64,000 nt of DNA from Escherichia coli (GCF_017348835.2 NZ_CP071375.1); one strand, 5' to 3'; positions 39,285-50,981 are shown, counted from the first letter of the stretch. Made by a program: numbers and translations. The notes: generated by a model not told the origin, from the letters alone.

Positions 39285-40355
39285 ATGCGCGTTACCGATT
39301 TCTCCTTTGAATTGCCCGAATCCCTGATTGCCCACTATCCGATGCCTGAACGCAGTAGCTGTCGTTTACTGTCGCTGGACGGGCCGACGGGCGCGCTGAC
39401 GCACGGTACTTTCACCGATTTACTCGATAAGCTCAACCCCGGCGACCTTCTGGTTTTTAACAATACCCGCGTGATCCCGGCGCGTCTGTTTGGGCGTAAA
39501 GCCAGCGGCGGCAAGATTGAAGTGCTGGTTGAGCGGATGCTCGACGACAAACGCATTCTTGCGCATATTCGCGCCTCGAAAGCGCCAAAACCTGGCGCAG
39601 AACTGCTGCTGGGCGATGACGAAAGTATCAACGCAACAATGACCGCGCGCCACGGCGCACTGTTTGAAGTCGAATTTAATGATGAACGCTCGGTACTGGA
39701 TATCCTCAACAGCATCGGCCATATGCCGCTGCCGCCGTATATCGACCGTCCGGACGAAGACGCTGACCGCGAACTTTATCAAACCGTTTATAGCGAAAAA
39801 CCGGGCGCGGTTGCAGCCCCGACCGCTGGTCTGCATTTTGACGAGCCTTTGCTGGAAAAATTACGCGCCAAAGGCGTGGAGATGGCGTTTGTGACGTTGC
39901 ACGTTGGTGCGGGCACCTTCCAGCCGGTGCGCGTCGACACCATTGAAGATCACATCATGCACTCGGAATACGCTGAAGTACCGCAGGATGTGGTAGACGC
40001 GGTACTGGCGGCGAAAGCGCGCGGTAACCGGGTGATTGCGGTTGGCACCACCTCAGTACGTTCGCTGGAAAGCGCGGCTCAGGCGGCGAAAAACGATCTC
40101 ATCGAACCGTTCTTTGACGATACCCAAATCTTTATCTATCCGGGCTTCCAGTACAAAGTGGTCGATGCGCTGGTGACAAACTTCCACTTGCCAGAGTCGA
40201 CGCTGATTATGCTGGTTTCGGCCTTTGCCGGTTATCAACACACCATGAACGCCTATAAAGCAGCGGTAGAAGAGAAATATCGCTTTTTTAGTTACGGTGA
40301 TGCGATGTTTATCACGTACAATCCGCAGGCAATTAATGAGCGCGTCGGGGAGTAA
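39285..40355 (+). CDS. queA: S-adenosylmethionine:tRNA ribosyltransferase-isomerase
   Basis: 356 aa beginning [19 protein letters not shown]. Confidence 0.95.
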
Positions 40356-40395
40356 TTCCGCGGCGCTGGTTTAAAACGTTGGACTGTTTTTCTGA

Positions 40396-41538
<1,143 letters not shown>

Positions 41539-41560
41539 TATTAATAATGAGGGAAATTTA

Positions 41561-41893
41561 ATGAGCTTTTTTATTTCTGATGCGGTAGCGGCAACGGGTG
41601 CACCGGCGCAAGGTAGCCCGATGTCTTTGATTTTGATGCTGGTGGTATTCGGTCTGATTTTCTATTTCATGATCCTGCGTCCACAGCAGAAGCGCACCAA
41701 AGAACACAAAAAGCTGATGGACTCCATTGCCAAAGGTGATGAAGTTCTGACGAACGGTGGCCTGGTCGGTCGCGTAACCAAAGTAGCGGAAAACGGCTAC
41801 ATTGCTATCGCGCTGAATGACACCACTGAAGTAGTTATTAAACGTGACTTCGTAGCTGCCGTCCTGCCGAAAGGCACCATGAAGGCGCTGTAA
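41561..41893 (+). CDS. yajC: Sec translocon accessory subunit YajC
   Basis: Start at MSFFISDAVAATGAPAQG (110 aa), internal Met of the longer ORF. Confidence 0.9.
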   Translation: MSFFISDAVAATGAPAQGSPMSLILMLVVFGLIFYFMILRPQQKRTKEHKKLMDSIAKGDEVLTNGGLVGRVTKVAENGYIAIALNDTTEVVIKRDFVAAVLPKGTMKAL

Positions 41894-41920
41894 TTAAAAT
41901 TTTTCCCTAAGGGAATTGCC

Positions 41921-43768
41921 GTGTTAAACCGTTATCCTTTGTGGAAGTACGTCATGCTGATCGTGGTGATTGTCATCGGTCTGCTGTATGCGCTTCCCAA
42001 CCTGTTTGGTGAGGATCCGGCTGTTCAGATCACTGGTGCGCGCGGAGTCGCCGCCAGTGAGCAAACGCTGATCCAGGTCCAGAAAACGTTACAAGAAGAA
42101 AAAATAACTGCTAAGTCTGTGGCACTGGAAGAGGGCGCTATTCTTGCGCGCTTCGACTCCACTGACACCCAGCTGCGCGCTCGTGAAGCATTAATGGGCG
42201 TTATGGGTGACAAATACGTCGTGGCGCTTAACCTTGCCCCGGCAACGCCGCGCTGGCTGGCAGCTATTCACGCTGAGCCGATGAAGCTCGGCCTTGACCT
42301 GCGTGGCGGCGTTCACTTCCTGATGGAAGTGGATATGGACACCGCGCTTGGCAAACTCCAGGAACAAAATATCGATAGCCTGCGCAGCGACCTGCGTGAA
42401 AAGGGCATCCCGTATACCACCGTTCGTAAAGAAAACAACTACGGCCTGAGCATTACTTTCCGCGATGCTAAAGCTCGTGATGAAGCCATTGCGTATCTGA
42501 GCAAGCGCCATCCGGACCTGGTGATTAGTAGCCAGGGCAGCAACCAGCTGCGTGCGGTAATGAGCGATGCTCGTCTGAGTGAAGCGCGTGAATATGCGGT
42601 GCAGCAGAACATCAATATCCTGCGTAACCGTGTAAACCAACTTGGCGTGGCGGAGCCGGTGGTTCAGCGTCAGGGTGCTGACCGTATCGTTGTTGAACTG
42701 CCAGGTATTCAGGACACTGCGCGTGCGAAAGAGATTCTGGGTGCGACGGCAACGCTGGAATTCCGTCTGGTAAACACCAACGTTGATCAGGCCGCTGCGG
42801 CATCCGGTCGCGTACCGGGCGACTCTGAAGTGAAACAGACCCGCGAAGGTCAGCCGGTTGTGCTGTACAAACGCGTAATTCTGACCGGTGACCATATCAC
42901 CGACTCCACTTCCAGCCAGGACGAATACAACCAGCCGCAGGTTAACATCTCGCTCGATAGCGCTGGTGGCAACATTATGTCTAACTTCACCAAGGACAAC
43001 ATCGGCAAACCGATGGCAACCCTGTTTGTGGAGTACAAAGACAGCGGTAAGAAAGATGCAAATGGTCGTGCGGTTCTGGTGAAACAGGAAGAGGTGATTA
43101 ACATCGCCAACATCCAGTCTCGTCTGGGTAACAGCTTCCGTATCACCGGCATCAACAACCCGAACGAAGCCCGTCAGCTGTCACTGCTGCTGCGTGCCGG
43201 TGCGTTGATCGCGCCGATTCAGATTGTTGAAGAACGTACAATTGGCCCGACCTTGGGTATGCAGAACATTGAGCAGGGGCTGGAGGCTTGCCTTGCCGGT
43301 CTGCTGGTTTCTATTCTGTTCATGATCATCTTCTATAAGAAGTTTGGTCTGATTGCGACCAGTGCTCTGATTGCCAACTTGATCTTGATCGTCGGTATTA
43401 TGTCGCTGTTGCCAGGCGCAACACTGAGTATGCCAGGTATCGCGGGTATCGTCTTAACCCTTGCGGTAGCGGTCGATGCGAACGTACTGATCAACGAACG
43501 TATTAAAGAAGAGCTGAGCAACGGACGTACTGTTCAACAGGCAATTGATGAAGGTTATCGTGGCGCATTCAGTTCTATCTTCGATGCGAACATCACCACG
43601 CTGATTAAAGTCATCATCCTGTATGCAGTGGGTACCGGGGCAATTAAAGGGTTCGCGATTACTACCGGTATCGGTGTGGCGACGTCGATGTTTACCGCGA
43701 TTGTCGGTACGCGTGCCATCGTAAACCTGCTATATGGCGGCAAGCGCGTCAAGAAGCTGTCAATCTGA
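41921..43768 (+). CDS. secD: Protein translocase subunit SecD
   Basis: 615 aa with large periplasmic domain and C-terminal TM bundle. Confidence 0.95.
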   Translation: MLNRYPLWKYVMLIVVIVIGLLYALPNLFGEDPAVQITGARGVAASEQTLIQVQKTLQEEKITAKSVALEEGAILARFDSTDTQLRAREALMGVMGDKYVVALNLAPATPRWLAAIHAEPMKLGLDLRGGVHFLMEVDMDTALGKLQEQNIDSLRSDLREKGIPYTTVRKENNYGLSITFRDAKARDEAIAYLSKRHPDLVISSQGSNQLRAVMSDARLSEAREYAVQQNINILRNRVNQLGVAEPVVQRQGADRIVVELPGIQDTARAKEILGATATLEFRLVNTNVDQAAAASGRVPGDSEVKQTREGQPVVLYKRVILTGDHITDSTSSQDEYNQPQVNISLDSAGGNIMSNFTKDNIGKPMATLFVEYKDSGKKDANGRAVLVKQEEVINIANIQSRLGNSFRITGINNPNEARQLSLLLRAGALIAPIQIVEERTIGPTLGMQNIEQGLEACLAGLLVSILFMIIFYKKFGLIATSALIANLILIVGIMSLLPGATLSMPGIAGIVLTLAVAVDANVLINERIKEELSNGRTVQQAIDEGYRGAFSSIFDANITTLIKVIILYAVGTGAIKGFAITTGIGVATSMFTAIVGTRAIVNLLYGGKRVKKLSI

Positions 43769-43778
43769 GGAGTGCGAT

Positions 43779-44750
43779 GTGGCACAGGAATATACTGTTG
43801 AACAACTAAACCACGGCCGTAAAGTCTATGACTTTATGCGCTGGGACTACTGGGCTTTCGGCATCTCTGGTCTGCTGTTAATCGCCGCTATCGTTATTAT
43901 GGGCGTGCGCGGCTTTAACTGGGGGCTGGATTTTACCGGTGGTACGGTTATTGAAATTACGCTCGAAAAACCGGCTGAAATTGACGTAATGCGTGATGCA
44001 TTGCAAAAAGCCGGTTTTGAAGAGCCGATGCTGCAAAACTTTGGTAGCAGCCACGACATCATGGTCCGTATGCCGCCTGCTGACGGCGAAACCGGCGGTC
44101 AGGTGCTGGGCAGCCAGGTTCTGAAGGTGATTAACGAATCCACCAATCAGAATGCGGCAGTGAAGCGTATTGAGTTCGTCGGTCCGAGCGTGGGGGCAGA
44201 CCTTGCGCAAACCGGTGCGATGGCGTTGATGGCGGCGCTGCTGTCTATCCTCGTGTACGTAGGTTTCCGCTTTGAGTGGCGACTGGCGGCAGGGGTGGTT
44301 ATTGCGCTGGCGCACGACGTTATCATTACGCTGGGTATTTTGTCGTTATTCCATATCGAGATTGACCTGACCATTGTGGCATCGTTGATGTCGGTTATCG
44401 GTTACTCGCTTAACGACAGTATCGTGGTATCGGACCGTATTCGTGAAAACTTCCGCAAGATCCGTCGCGGTACGCCTTACGAAATCTTTAACGTGTCCTT
44501 GACCCAGACGCTGCACCGTACCTTGATCACATCCGGTACTACCTTGATGGTTATCCTGATGCTGTATCTCTTCGGTGGTCCGGTACTGGAAGGCTTCTCG
44601 CTGACCATGCTTATCGGTGTTTCCATCGGCACTGCATCTTCCATCTACGTAGCATCTGCGTTGGCTCTGAAACTGGGTATGAAGCGCGAACACATGTTGC
44701 AGCAGAAAGTGGAAAAAGAAGGGGCGGATCAGCCGTCAATTCTGCCGTAA
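43779..44750 (+). CDS. secF: Protein translocase subunit SecF
   Basis: GTG start at (M)[18 protein letters not shown] (323 aa). Confidence 0.93.
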   Translation: MAQEYTVEQLNHGRKVYDFMRWDYWAFGISGLLLIAAIVIMGVRGFNWGLDFTGGTVIEITLEKPAEIDVMRDALQKAGFEEPMLQNFGSSHDIMVRMPPADGETGGQVLGSQVLKVINESTNQNAAVKRIEFVGPSVGADLAQTGAMALMAALLSILVYVGFRFEWRLAAGVVIALAHDVIITLGILSLFHIEIDLTIVASLMSVIGYSLNDSIVVSDRIRENFRKIRRGTPYEIFNVSLTQTLHRTLITSGTTLMVILMLYLFGGPVLEGFSLTMLIGVSIGTASSIYVASALALKLGMKREHMLQQKVEKEGADQPSILP

Positions 44751-44773
44751 TGGTGTTTTAAATCCGTTCTGTT

Positions 44774-44810
44774 AAAAAAACCGTGGCGTATTTGCGCTGC
44801 GGTTTTTTTT
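44774..44810 (+). terminator. Rho-independent terminator after secF
   Basis: A-run, hairpin AACCGTGGCG...GCGCTGCGGTT, then T8. Confidence 0.7.
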
Positions 44811-44870
44811 GCCTGTTTCACAGGCAACTGAATACGGTTTGGTTGTAGAAAGCGTTCTGACATATACTTT

Positions 44871-44887
44871 GTATTAATAGTTAATAC
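44871..44887 (+). promoter_or_regulatory. Perfect palindrome (candidate antitoxin operator) in the parD promoter region
   Basis: GTATTAA-TAG-TTAATAC about 14 bp upstream of the parD start, next to the SD GGAG. Confidence 0.5.
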
Positions 44888-44900
44888 CTGGAGATCGCTT

Positions 44901-45131
44901 ATGCGCAAAATTACCTCAGTAAGCGTTGGCGAACAATTAGATAGTTTTATTACCCGGATGGTCCAGTCTGGTCGTTATGGCTCGGCCAGTGAAGTAATGC
45001 GTTCGGCACTTCGTCTATTGGAACAACAGGAATCCAGGGATGAAGCTGTCAGAAATGCTGTTATTGAAGGTCTTGAGAGCGGTGAAAGTTCGATGACGCT
45101 TCGTGATATCGCAGCAGAAAGGAAGCAATGA
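44901..45131 (+). CDS. parD: ParD-like RHH antitoxin (COG3609-type), C-terminus replaced by an IS629 end (last 4 codons lost, stop supplied by the IS terminus)
   Basis: SVSVGEQLDSFITRMVQSGRYGSASEVMRSALRLLEQQE...GLESGES matches the ParD/CopG-like antitoxin pattern; stop TGA at 45129-45131 is the first 3 nt of the IS inverted repeat. Confidence 0.8.
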   Translation: MRKITSVSVGEQLDSFITRMVQSGRYGSASEVMRSALRLLEQQESRDEAVRNAVIEGLESGESSMTLRDIAAERKQ

Positions 45132-45155
45132 ACCGCCCCGGGTTTCCTGGAGAGT
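45129..45155. repeat. IS629 copy A terminal inverted repeat (right end)
   Basis: TGAACCGCCCCGGGTTTCCTGGAGAGT. Confidence 0.85.
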
Positions 45156-45170
45156 GTTTTATCTGTGAAC

Positions 45171-46058
45171 TCAGGCTGCCAGATCATTATTTCCGATGGA
45201 AGCATAATAAGCTTTTTCTGCTTCTGCCGGAGGAATATGGCCCAGCCTTTCCAGCAATCGTCGATTGTTATACCAGTCCACCCACGTGAGTGTGGCCAGT
45301 TCCACTTCTGTCCGGTTTTTCCAGCTCTTACGGTGTATTACCTCCGCTTTGTAAAGACCATTGATGCTCTCAGCCATCGCGTTGTCATACGAGTCGCCAG
45401 TACTCCCTGTTGATGCCAGTAATCCGGCTTCCTTAAGCCGCTGCGTGTAGGCCAGCGATACATACTGAGAACCTTTATCACTGTGATGGATTGTGCCGGA
45501 CGGCCGACGGGCCCACAACGCCTGCTCCAGTGCATCCAGCACGAATGTTGTTTCCATGGATGATGAGACCTGCCATCCCACGATGTATCCGGCGAACACA
45601 TCAATGATGAACGCCACATAAACGAAGCCCTGCCATGTGCTTACCCAGGTAAAATCAGCCACCCACAACTGGTCTGGACGTTCTGCCACGAACTGACGGT
45701 TTACGCGGTCGCATGCGGCAACGGCTTTCCGGCTGACGGTAGTGCGGACCTTTTTACCCCGGAGAACACCGGCAAGTCCCATAACTGCCATGAGACGTGC
45801 CACAGTGCATCTGGCCACTCTGATACCTTCCCGTAACAACTGACGCCAGACTTTACGCACACCGTATACCTGGTGATTTTCATCGTATACGCGCTGTATC
45901 TCTTTCTTCAGCCAGTCATCGTGCTGCGCACGGGCACTGCGTTTATCCGGATGATGTCGCTGTTGCTGACAATGGTAATACGTTGACGGGGCAATATGCA
46001 GTTCGCTGCATACCGGTCCGCCCCCGTACTGCTCACGCAGCTTATCCAGCAGTGGCAT
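45171..46058 (-). CDS. IS629 transposase OrfB (DDE catalytic domain)
   Basis: 295 aa in -1 frame relative to orfA; integrase-core DDE region (ADFTWV...HHSDKGSQY...DNAMAES). Confidence 0.9.
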   Translation of the reverse strand: MPLLDKLREQYGGGPVCSELHIAPSTYYHCQQQRHHPDKRSARAQHDDWLKKEIQRVYDENHQVYGVRKVWRQLLREGIRVARCTVARLMAVMGLAGVLRGKKVRTTVSRKAVAACDRVNRQFVAERPDQLWVADFTWVSTWQGFVYVAFIIDVFAGYIVGWQVSSSMETTFVLDALEQALWARRPSGTIHHSDKGSQYVSLAYTQRLKEAGLLASTGSTGDSYDNAMAESINGLYKAEVIHRKSWKNRTEVELATLTWVDWYNNRRLLERLGHIPPAEAEKAYYASIGNNDLAA

Positions 46059-46384
46059 TATTTTTTCCAGAGGCGGTCGAACTCCGCCTTCGCAAAATAA
46101 GCGGAAGCCTGGCGAAGGATATCGTTACTGCGGCGCAGTTCACGATTTTCACGTTCCAGCTCTTTCAGACGCTGACGTTCAGCGGTGGTGAGTCCACCAT
46201 CACCACTCCCGGTATCCCGCTCATGCTGGCGAACCCAGACACGCAGAGTCTCCGGCGTACAGCCAATCTTTGGGGCAATGGAACAAATTGCCGTCCACTG
46301 TGAGTCATATTCATCCTGACTTTCCAGAACCATACGAATCGCCCGCTGACGGACTTCGGGGGAAAAACGAGTATTTTTAGTCAT
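46058..46384 (-). CDS. IS629 transposase OrfA (HTH)
   Basis: 108 aa [23 protein letters not shown]...; IS3-family OrfA with leucine-zipper-like C-terminus. Confidence 0.9.
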   Translation of the reverse strand: MTKNTRFSPEVRQRAIRMVLESQDEYDSQWTAICSIAPKIGCTPETLRVWVRQHERDTGSGDGGLTTAERQRLKELERENRELRRSNDILRQASAYFAKAEFDRLWKK

Positions 46385-46411
46385 CCTGTTTACCTCTTTC
46401 TCAGGGAGTTT

Positions 46412-46438
46412 AGTCTCCAGGATTTCCGGGGCGGTTCA
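46412..46438. repeat. IS629 copy A terminal inverted repeat (left end)
   Basis: Reverse complement reads TGAACCGCCCCGGAAATCCTGGAGACT. Confidence 0.85.
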
Positions 46439-46449
46439 GCAAAAACATC

Positions 46450-46731
46450 GTGTATAAGCTTAGCGGAAAAGCTGTTGAAGATTTCAGAGGGATCTATGAC
46501 TACACGCTGGGAAAGTTTGGTGAGGAGCAGGCGGATCGCTATACCGACTCTCTCGGCACTTTTCTGGATACACTCTCTCAAATGCCCGAGATAGGGCAAG
46601 ACTATGATGCGATTCCAGAGGTAAAGAAGATCGCATTTAGGTTTCACACTGTTTATTACGTTATAAGAGTCGATGACATTCTCATTGCGCGCATTCTTCA
46701 TCAGTTGATGGAACCTCGCCGTCACTGGTAA
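46450..46731 (+). CDS. parE: ParE-like toxin (RelE/ParE superfamily), intact but separated from parD by IS629
   Basis: GTG start; YKLSGKAVEDFRGIYDYT...FHTVYYVIRVDDILIARILHQLMEP matches conserved ParE N- and C-terminal motifs. Confidence 0.8.
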   Translation: MYKLSGKAVEDFRGIYDYTLGKFGEEQADRYTDSLGTFLDTLSQMPEIGQDYDAIPEVKKIAFRFHTVYYVIRVDDILIARILHQLMEPRRHW

Positions 46732-46818
46732 TGTGAGAATTTCTTGACTCAGGATTGCGAAAATCCCCGCATCTTGGGAAACTGCGCGTAACCCTACATT
46801 TCATCCAGGTAACTTTTC

Positions 46819-47166
46819 ATGGCTATCATCCCAAAAAACTATGCGCGGTTAGAAAGCGGCTATCGCGAAAAAGCATTAAAAATATATCCGTGGGTCTGCG
46901 GTCGCTGTTCCCGCGAGTTTGTTTATTCCAACCTGCGTGAACTTACTGTTCACCACATTGATCACGACCATACCAATAACCCGGAAGATGGCAGTAACTG
47001 GGAATTGCTTTGTCTCTATTGCCACGATCATGAGCATTCGAAATATACCGAAGCGGATCAGTATGGTACGACCGTTATCGCAGGGGAAGATGCGCAGAAA
47101 GATGTCGGTGAAGCGAAGTACAACCCATTCGCTGACCTGAAAGCGATGATGAACAAGAAGAAGTGA
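46819..47166 (+). CDS. yajD: HNH-nuclease-family protein YajD
   Basis: 115 aa with HNH/Zn motif (CGRCSREF...HHIDHDHTNNPEDGSNWELLCLYCHDHEH). Confidence 0.9.
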   Translation: MAIIPKNYARLESGYREKALKIYPWVCGRCSREFVYSNLRELTVHHIDHDHTNNPEDGSNWELLCLYCHDHEHSKYTEADQYGTTVIAGEDAQKDVGEAKYNPFADLKAMMNKKK

Positions 47167-47181
47167 TTAAAACGTAAAATT

Positions 47182-47280
47182 GCCTGATGCGCTACGCTTA
47201 TCAGGCCTACGTTATTTCAGCAATATATTGAATTTACGTGCTTTTGTGGGCCGGACAAAGCGTTTACGCCGCATCCGGCA
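47182..47280. repeat. REP element pair (BIME-like) between yajD and tsx
   Basis: GCCTGATGCGCTACGCTTATCAGGCCTAC and GGGCCGGACAAAGCGTTTACGCCGCATCCGGCA. Confidence 0.8.
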
Positions 47281-47312
47281 TGAACAAAGCGCACGTTGTT
47301 AACAATCAGAAA

Positions 47313-47340
47313 TGCCGGGAATAAATCCCGGCATTTTCAT
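47313..47340. terminator. Hairpin between convergent yajD and tsx (possible bidirectional terminator)
   Basis: ATGCCGGGAATAAATCCCGGCAT followed by TTTTCAT on the plus strand. Confidence 0.6.
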
Positions 47341-47342
47341 AA

Positions 47343-48227
47343 TCAGAAGTTGTAACCTACTACCAGGTAACCACCCCAGCCGGTAGAGCGAACGTTGAAG
47401 TTGCCGTTGCCGAAGTTCAGTTCTGCATCGTCGTTCCACTGACCACCGTCGTGCCAGTAACGAGCTACGACAGAGTAGTGCCAGTGATCATAGTTCAGAG
47501 CCAGAATATGGCTGGAAGCGATAGAGTTATTAGTACGGGTCTTAATACCGTTGATTGCGTTACCGCTGTCATCCCCTAAATCGGAACCCCAGTCGAAGTT
47601 GGTGAAGCCGATGTAGCTCAGCTGACCGCCCCACAGATCGGTAATCGGCACAAAGTATTTAATTTTGAAACGGTAACCGTCCCACTCGTTTTCGTTCGCT
47701 GCGCCATAGTTCTGCCACTGGTATTTCGCATAGACGTTCATGGACAGACTCATCGGCAGACCAGTATCGATGTCGGTACCCAGACCCATGTACCAGGTGC
47801 TCTGGCGACCATCTTTATTACGACCCATGTCGTAAATGTAGTTGTTCGCGAAGTACCACTCTTTGAACGGACCGAAGCTAAGGTCAGTATTGGTCAGCTT
47901 GTCGATGGAGAAACGTGGTTCGATTTCCATAAACAGCGGAGAACCGTGGTTCCAGATACCTTTTGCATCGGAGTTACCGCCGAAGAATACCGGCGCATCC
48001 GCATAACCATAGAAGTCGAACCAGTCTTTTTTAGCGAATGCTTCGTACTCAAGGTAGGTATCGTTGCGGATCTGCGGTCCGAAACGGGTGTGATAGCTTC
48101 CGACAACGTTAACGCTCTGGTGCCACCAGTCGGAAAGATACTGCGGTTTGTCGTTTTCAGCTGCGTTGACAGTAAAAGACGAAGAGAGCGCCAGTACCGC
48201 ACCGGCTGCCAGTAATGTTTTTTTCAT
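47343..48227 (-). CDS. tsx: Nucleoside-specific outer membrane channel Tsx (phage T6 / colicin K receptor)
   Basis: Start at [22 protein letters not shown] (294 aa); C-terminal ...VVGYNF beta-barrel signature. Confidence 0.95.
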
Positions 48228-48525
48228 ATGTATGCCACTGTTTGAAAATCCCTTGCGGGAGTGAAAAAGGCGCAAATTGCGTTTCTAAATATTTCGTATA
48301 CAGAGGAGCCTATTATAAAAATCATTGCTCACAAAAATATGTTTCGTTTCACAGTTCTATCATTTACGTAATCGATTGCGTTCACGTTTACACACATTCG
48401 GGCGGGGATTGTACTGACTTTCGCCCTTGTTGCAAACTTTTACTATCAATCTGGGTTATGTAAGCGGAGTAACAAAATGATGGGGAAGGATGTTGCGGGA
48501 CGCACAAAATCGCCCCGCTATACGT

Positions 48526-48819
48526 TTACTGCATAACAGGTTGAATGTCGTGGATACGTACAAAGCCTAACTGATCCACAGAAATCCCCTTTAACTGTAA
48601 CGGAATATCAACATCGCTGGGGGCGAGGACGCTGGCAGGGGCATTAATCAATTGATTCTGCACATTGATTTCCTGAAAGTTGTCTATTGTTCCCTGAATT
48701 TGCCCATATTCAACGGTTCCGCTGAATGCGGGCAAGGGATCATTCGACTCGCCCTGAATACGTAGCGTCAGGGTGGTGCCATCTGTATCAGGCGTAATAT
48801 TCACCAGCGACATACGTAA
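48526..48819 (-). pseudogene. yajI: yajI lipoprotein gene, C-terminal fragment (3' part of the gene split by IS629 copy B)
   Basis: Reading frame continues without a stop across the IS boundary; joins in frame with the N-terminal fragment at 50130-50378 through the duplicated TAA/Leu codon. Confidence 0.8.
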
Positions 48820-48846
48820 TGAACCGCCCCGGAAATCCTGGAGACT
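48820..48846. repeat. IS629 copy B left terminal inverted repeat
   Basis: TGAACCGCCCCGGAAATCCTGGAGACT. Confidence 0.85.
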
Positions 48847-48873
48847 AAACTCCCTGAGAAAGAGGTAAACAGG

Positions 48874-49200
48874 ATGACTAAAAATACTCGTTTTTCCCCC
48901 GAAGTCCGTCAGCGGGCGATTCGTATGGTTCTGGAAAGTCAGGATGAATATGACTCACAGTGGGCGGCAATTTGTTCCATTGCCCCAAAGATTGGCTGTA
49001 CGCCGGAGACTCTGCGTGTCTGGGTTCGCCAGCATGAGCGGGATACCGGGAGTGGTGATGGTGGACTCACCACCGCTGAACGTCAGCGTCTGAAAGAGCT
49101 GGAACGTGAAAATCGTGAACTGCGCCGCAGTAACGATATCCTTCGCCAGGCTTCCGCTTATTTTGCGAAGGCGGAGTTCGACCGCCTCTGGAAAAAATAA
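48874..49200 (+). CDS. IS629 transposase OrfA
   Basis: 108 aa; differs from copy A OrfA at one residue (A vs T); ends in an A6 run next to the orfB start. Confidence 0.9.
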   Translation: MTKNTRFSPEVRQRAIRMVLESQDEYDSQWAAICSIAPKIGCTPETLRVWVRQHERDTGSGDGGLTTAERQRLKELERENRELRRSNDILRQASAYFAKAEFDRLWKK

Positions 49201-50087
49201 TGCCACTGCTGGATAAGCTGCGTGAGCAGTACGGGGTCGGACCGGTATGCAGCGAACTGCATATTGCCCCGTCAACGTATTACCATTGTCAGCAACAGCG
49301 ACATCATCCGGATAAACGCAGTGCCCGTGCGCAGCACGATGACTGGCTGAAGAAAGAGATACAGCGCGTATACGATGAAAATCACCAGGTATACGGTGTG
49401 CGTAAAGTCTGGCGTCAGTTGTTACGGGAAGGTATCAGAGTGGCCAGATGCACTGTGGCACGTCTCATGGCAGTTATGGGACTTGCCGGTGTTCTCCGGG
49501 GTAAAAAGGTCCGCACTACCGTCAGCCGGAAAGCCGTTGCCGCATGCGACCGCGTAAACCGTCAGTTCGTGGCAGAACGTCCAGACCAGTTGTGGGTGGC
49601 TGATTTTACCTGGGTAAGCACATGGCAGGGCTTCGTTTATGTGGCGTTCATCATTGATGTGTTCGCCGGATACATCGTGGGATGGCAGGTCTCATCATCC
49701 ATGGAAACAACATTCGTGCTGGATGCACTGGAGCAGGCGTTGTGGGCCCGTCGGCCGTCCGGCACAATCCATCACAGTGATAAAGGTTCTCAGTATGTAT
49801 CGCTGGCCTACACGCAGCGGCTTAAGGAAGCCGGATTACTGGCATCAACAGGGAGTACTGGCGACTCGTATGACAACGCGATGGCGGAGAGCATCAATGG
49901 TCTTTACAAAGCGGAGGTAATACACCGTAAGAGCTGGAAAAACCGTGCAGAAGTGGAACTGGCCACACTCACGTGGGTGGACTGGTATAACAATCGACGA
50001 TTGCTGGAAAGGCTGGGCCATATTCCTCCGGCAGAAGCAGAAAAAGCTTATTATGCTTCCATCGGAAATAATGATCTGGCAGCCTGA
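49200..50087 (+). CDS. IS629 transposase OrfB (DDE)
   Basis: 295 aa; -1 frame relative to orfA and open upstream of its ATG; 3 aa differences from copy A (V13G, A/T near the C-terminus, R/L). Confidence 0.9.
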   Translation: MPLLDKLREQYGVGPVCSELHIAPSTYYHCQQQRHHPDKRSARAQHDDWLKKEIQRVYDENHQVYGVRKVWRQLLREGIRVARCTVARLMAVMGLAGVLRGKKVRTTVSRKAVAACDRVNRQFVAERPDQLWVADFTWVSTWQGFVYVAFIIDVFAGYIVGWQVSSSMETTFVLDALEQALWARRPSGTIHHSDKGSQYVSLAYTQRLKEAGLLASTGSTGDSYDNAMAESINGLYKAEVIHRKSWKNRAEVELATLTWVDWYNNRRLLERLGHIPPAEAEKAYYASIGNNDLAA

Positions 50088-50102
50088 GTTCACAGATAAA
50101 AC

Positions 50103-50129
50103 ACTCTCCAGGAAACCCGGGGCGGTTCA
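50103..50129. repeat. IS629 copy B right terminal inverted repeat
   Basis: ACTCTCCAGGAAACCCGGGGCGGTTCA. Confidence 0.85.
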
Positions 50130-50378
50130 TAAAGTACCGATCTGGCTTTCCAGTCTTGCCGGTGTTTTCGCTTCAGGCAGAAGGTAAACCCCACTGCTGG
50201 ATTTTGCATTCAGCCTGTTTTGCTGAGTGATTTTGACCGTTTCTTTATTGAGTTGCGTCATCTCCTGGTTCAGCGTGCTGACGCTGTGTTTCATCTGTCG
50301 CACTTCGCTTTGCTGCACACAGGCGCTAAGGCTGAACAGGCTTCCCAGCAGGAGCAGTCGAAAAACGTTAGTATTCAT
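50130..50378 (-). pseudogene. yajI: yajI lipoprotein gene, N-terminal fragment (signal peptide plus lipobox LSAC), truncated by IS629 copy B
   Basis: MNTNVFRLLLLGSLFSLSAC...; stop codon is supplied by the IS terminus (TGA at 50127-50129 on the minus strand). Confidence 0.8.
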
Positions 50379-50492
50379 AGGTCGTCCCTTTCTCGTCGCA
50401 ATTAGCCTAATGGTAGAGGGTAAAAGCAGCGAAAGCATCGATCCTTTATCTCAAAAGCGTTGCGCCTTTGTTGTATCGTCAGTTCAGGGTAA

Positions 50493-50978
<486 letters not shown>

Positions 50979-50981
50979 GCC

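Larger units (their letters stand above)
45129..46438 (-). mobile_element. IS3-family insertion sequence, IS629/IS1203-like, 1310 bp (copy A, transposase on minus strand)
   Basis: Termini TGAACCGCCCCGG...CCGGGGCGGTTCA; orfA plus orfB in -1 frame; flanked by direct repeat GCAA (45125-45128 and 46439-46442). Confidence 0.9.
48820..50129 (+). mobile_element. IS3-family insertion sequence, IS629/IS1203-like, 1310 bp (copy B, plus orientation)
   Basis: Same termini as copy A; 3-bp target duplication TAA (48817-48819 and 50130-50132); inserted inside yajI. Confidence 0.9.

Noticed and set aside
45129-50129. Possibility that the segment between the two IS629 copies has been inverted relative to the ancestral order
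   Set aside because: Each copy is flanked by its own matching direct repeat and the yajI fragments join in frame across copy B; the gene order yajD(+)-tsx(-)-yajI(-) also matches K-12.
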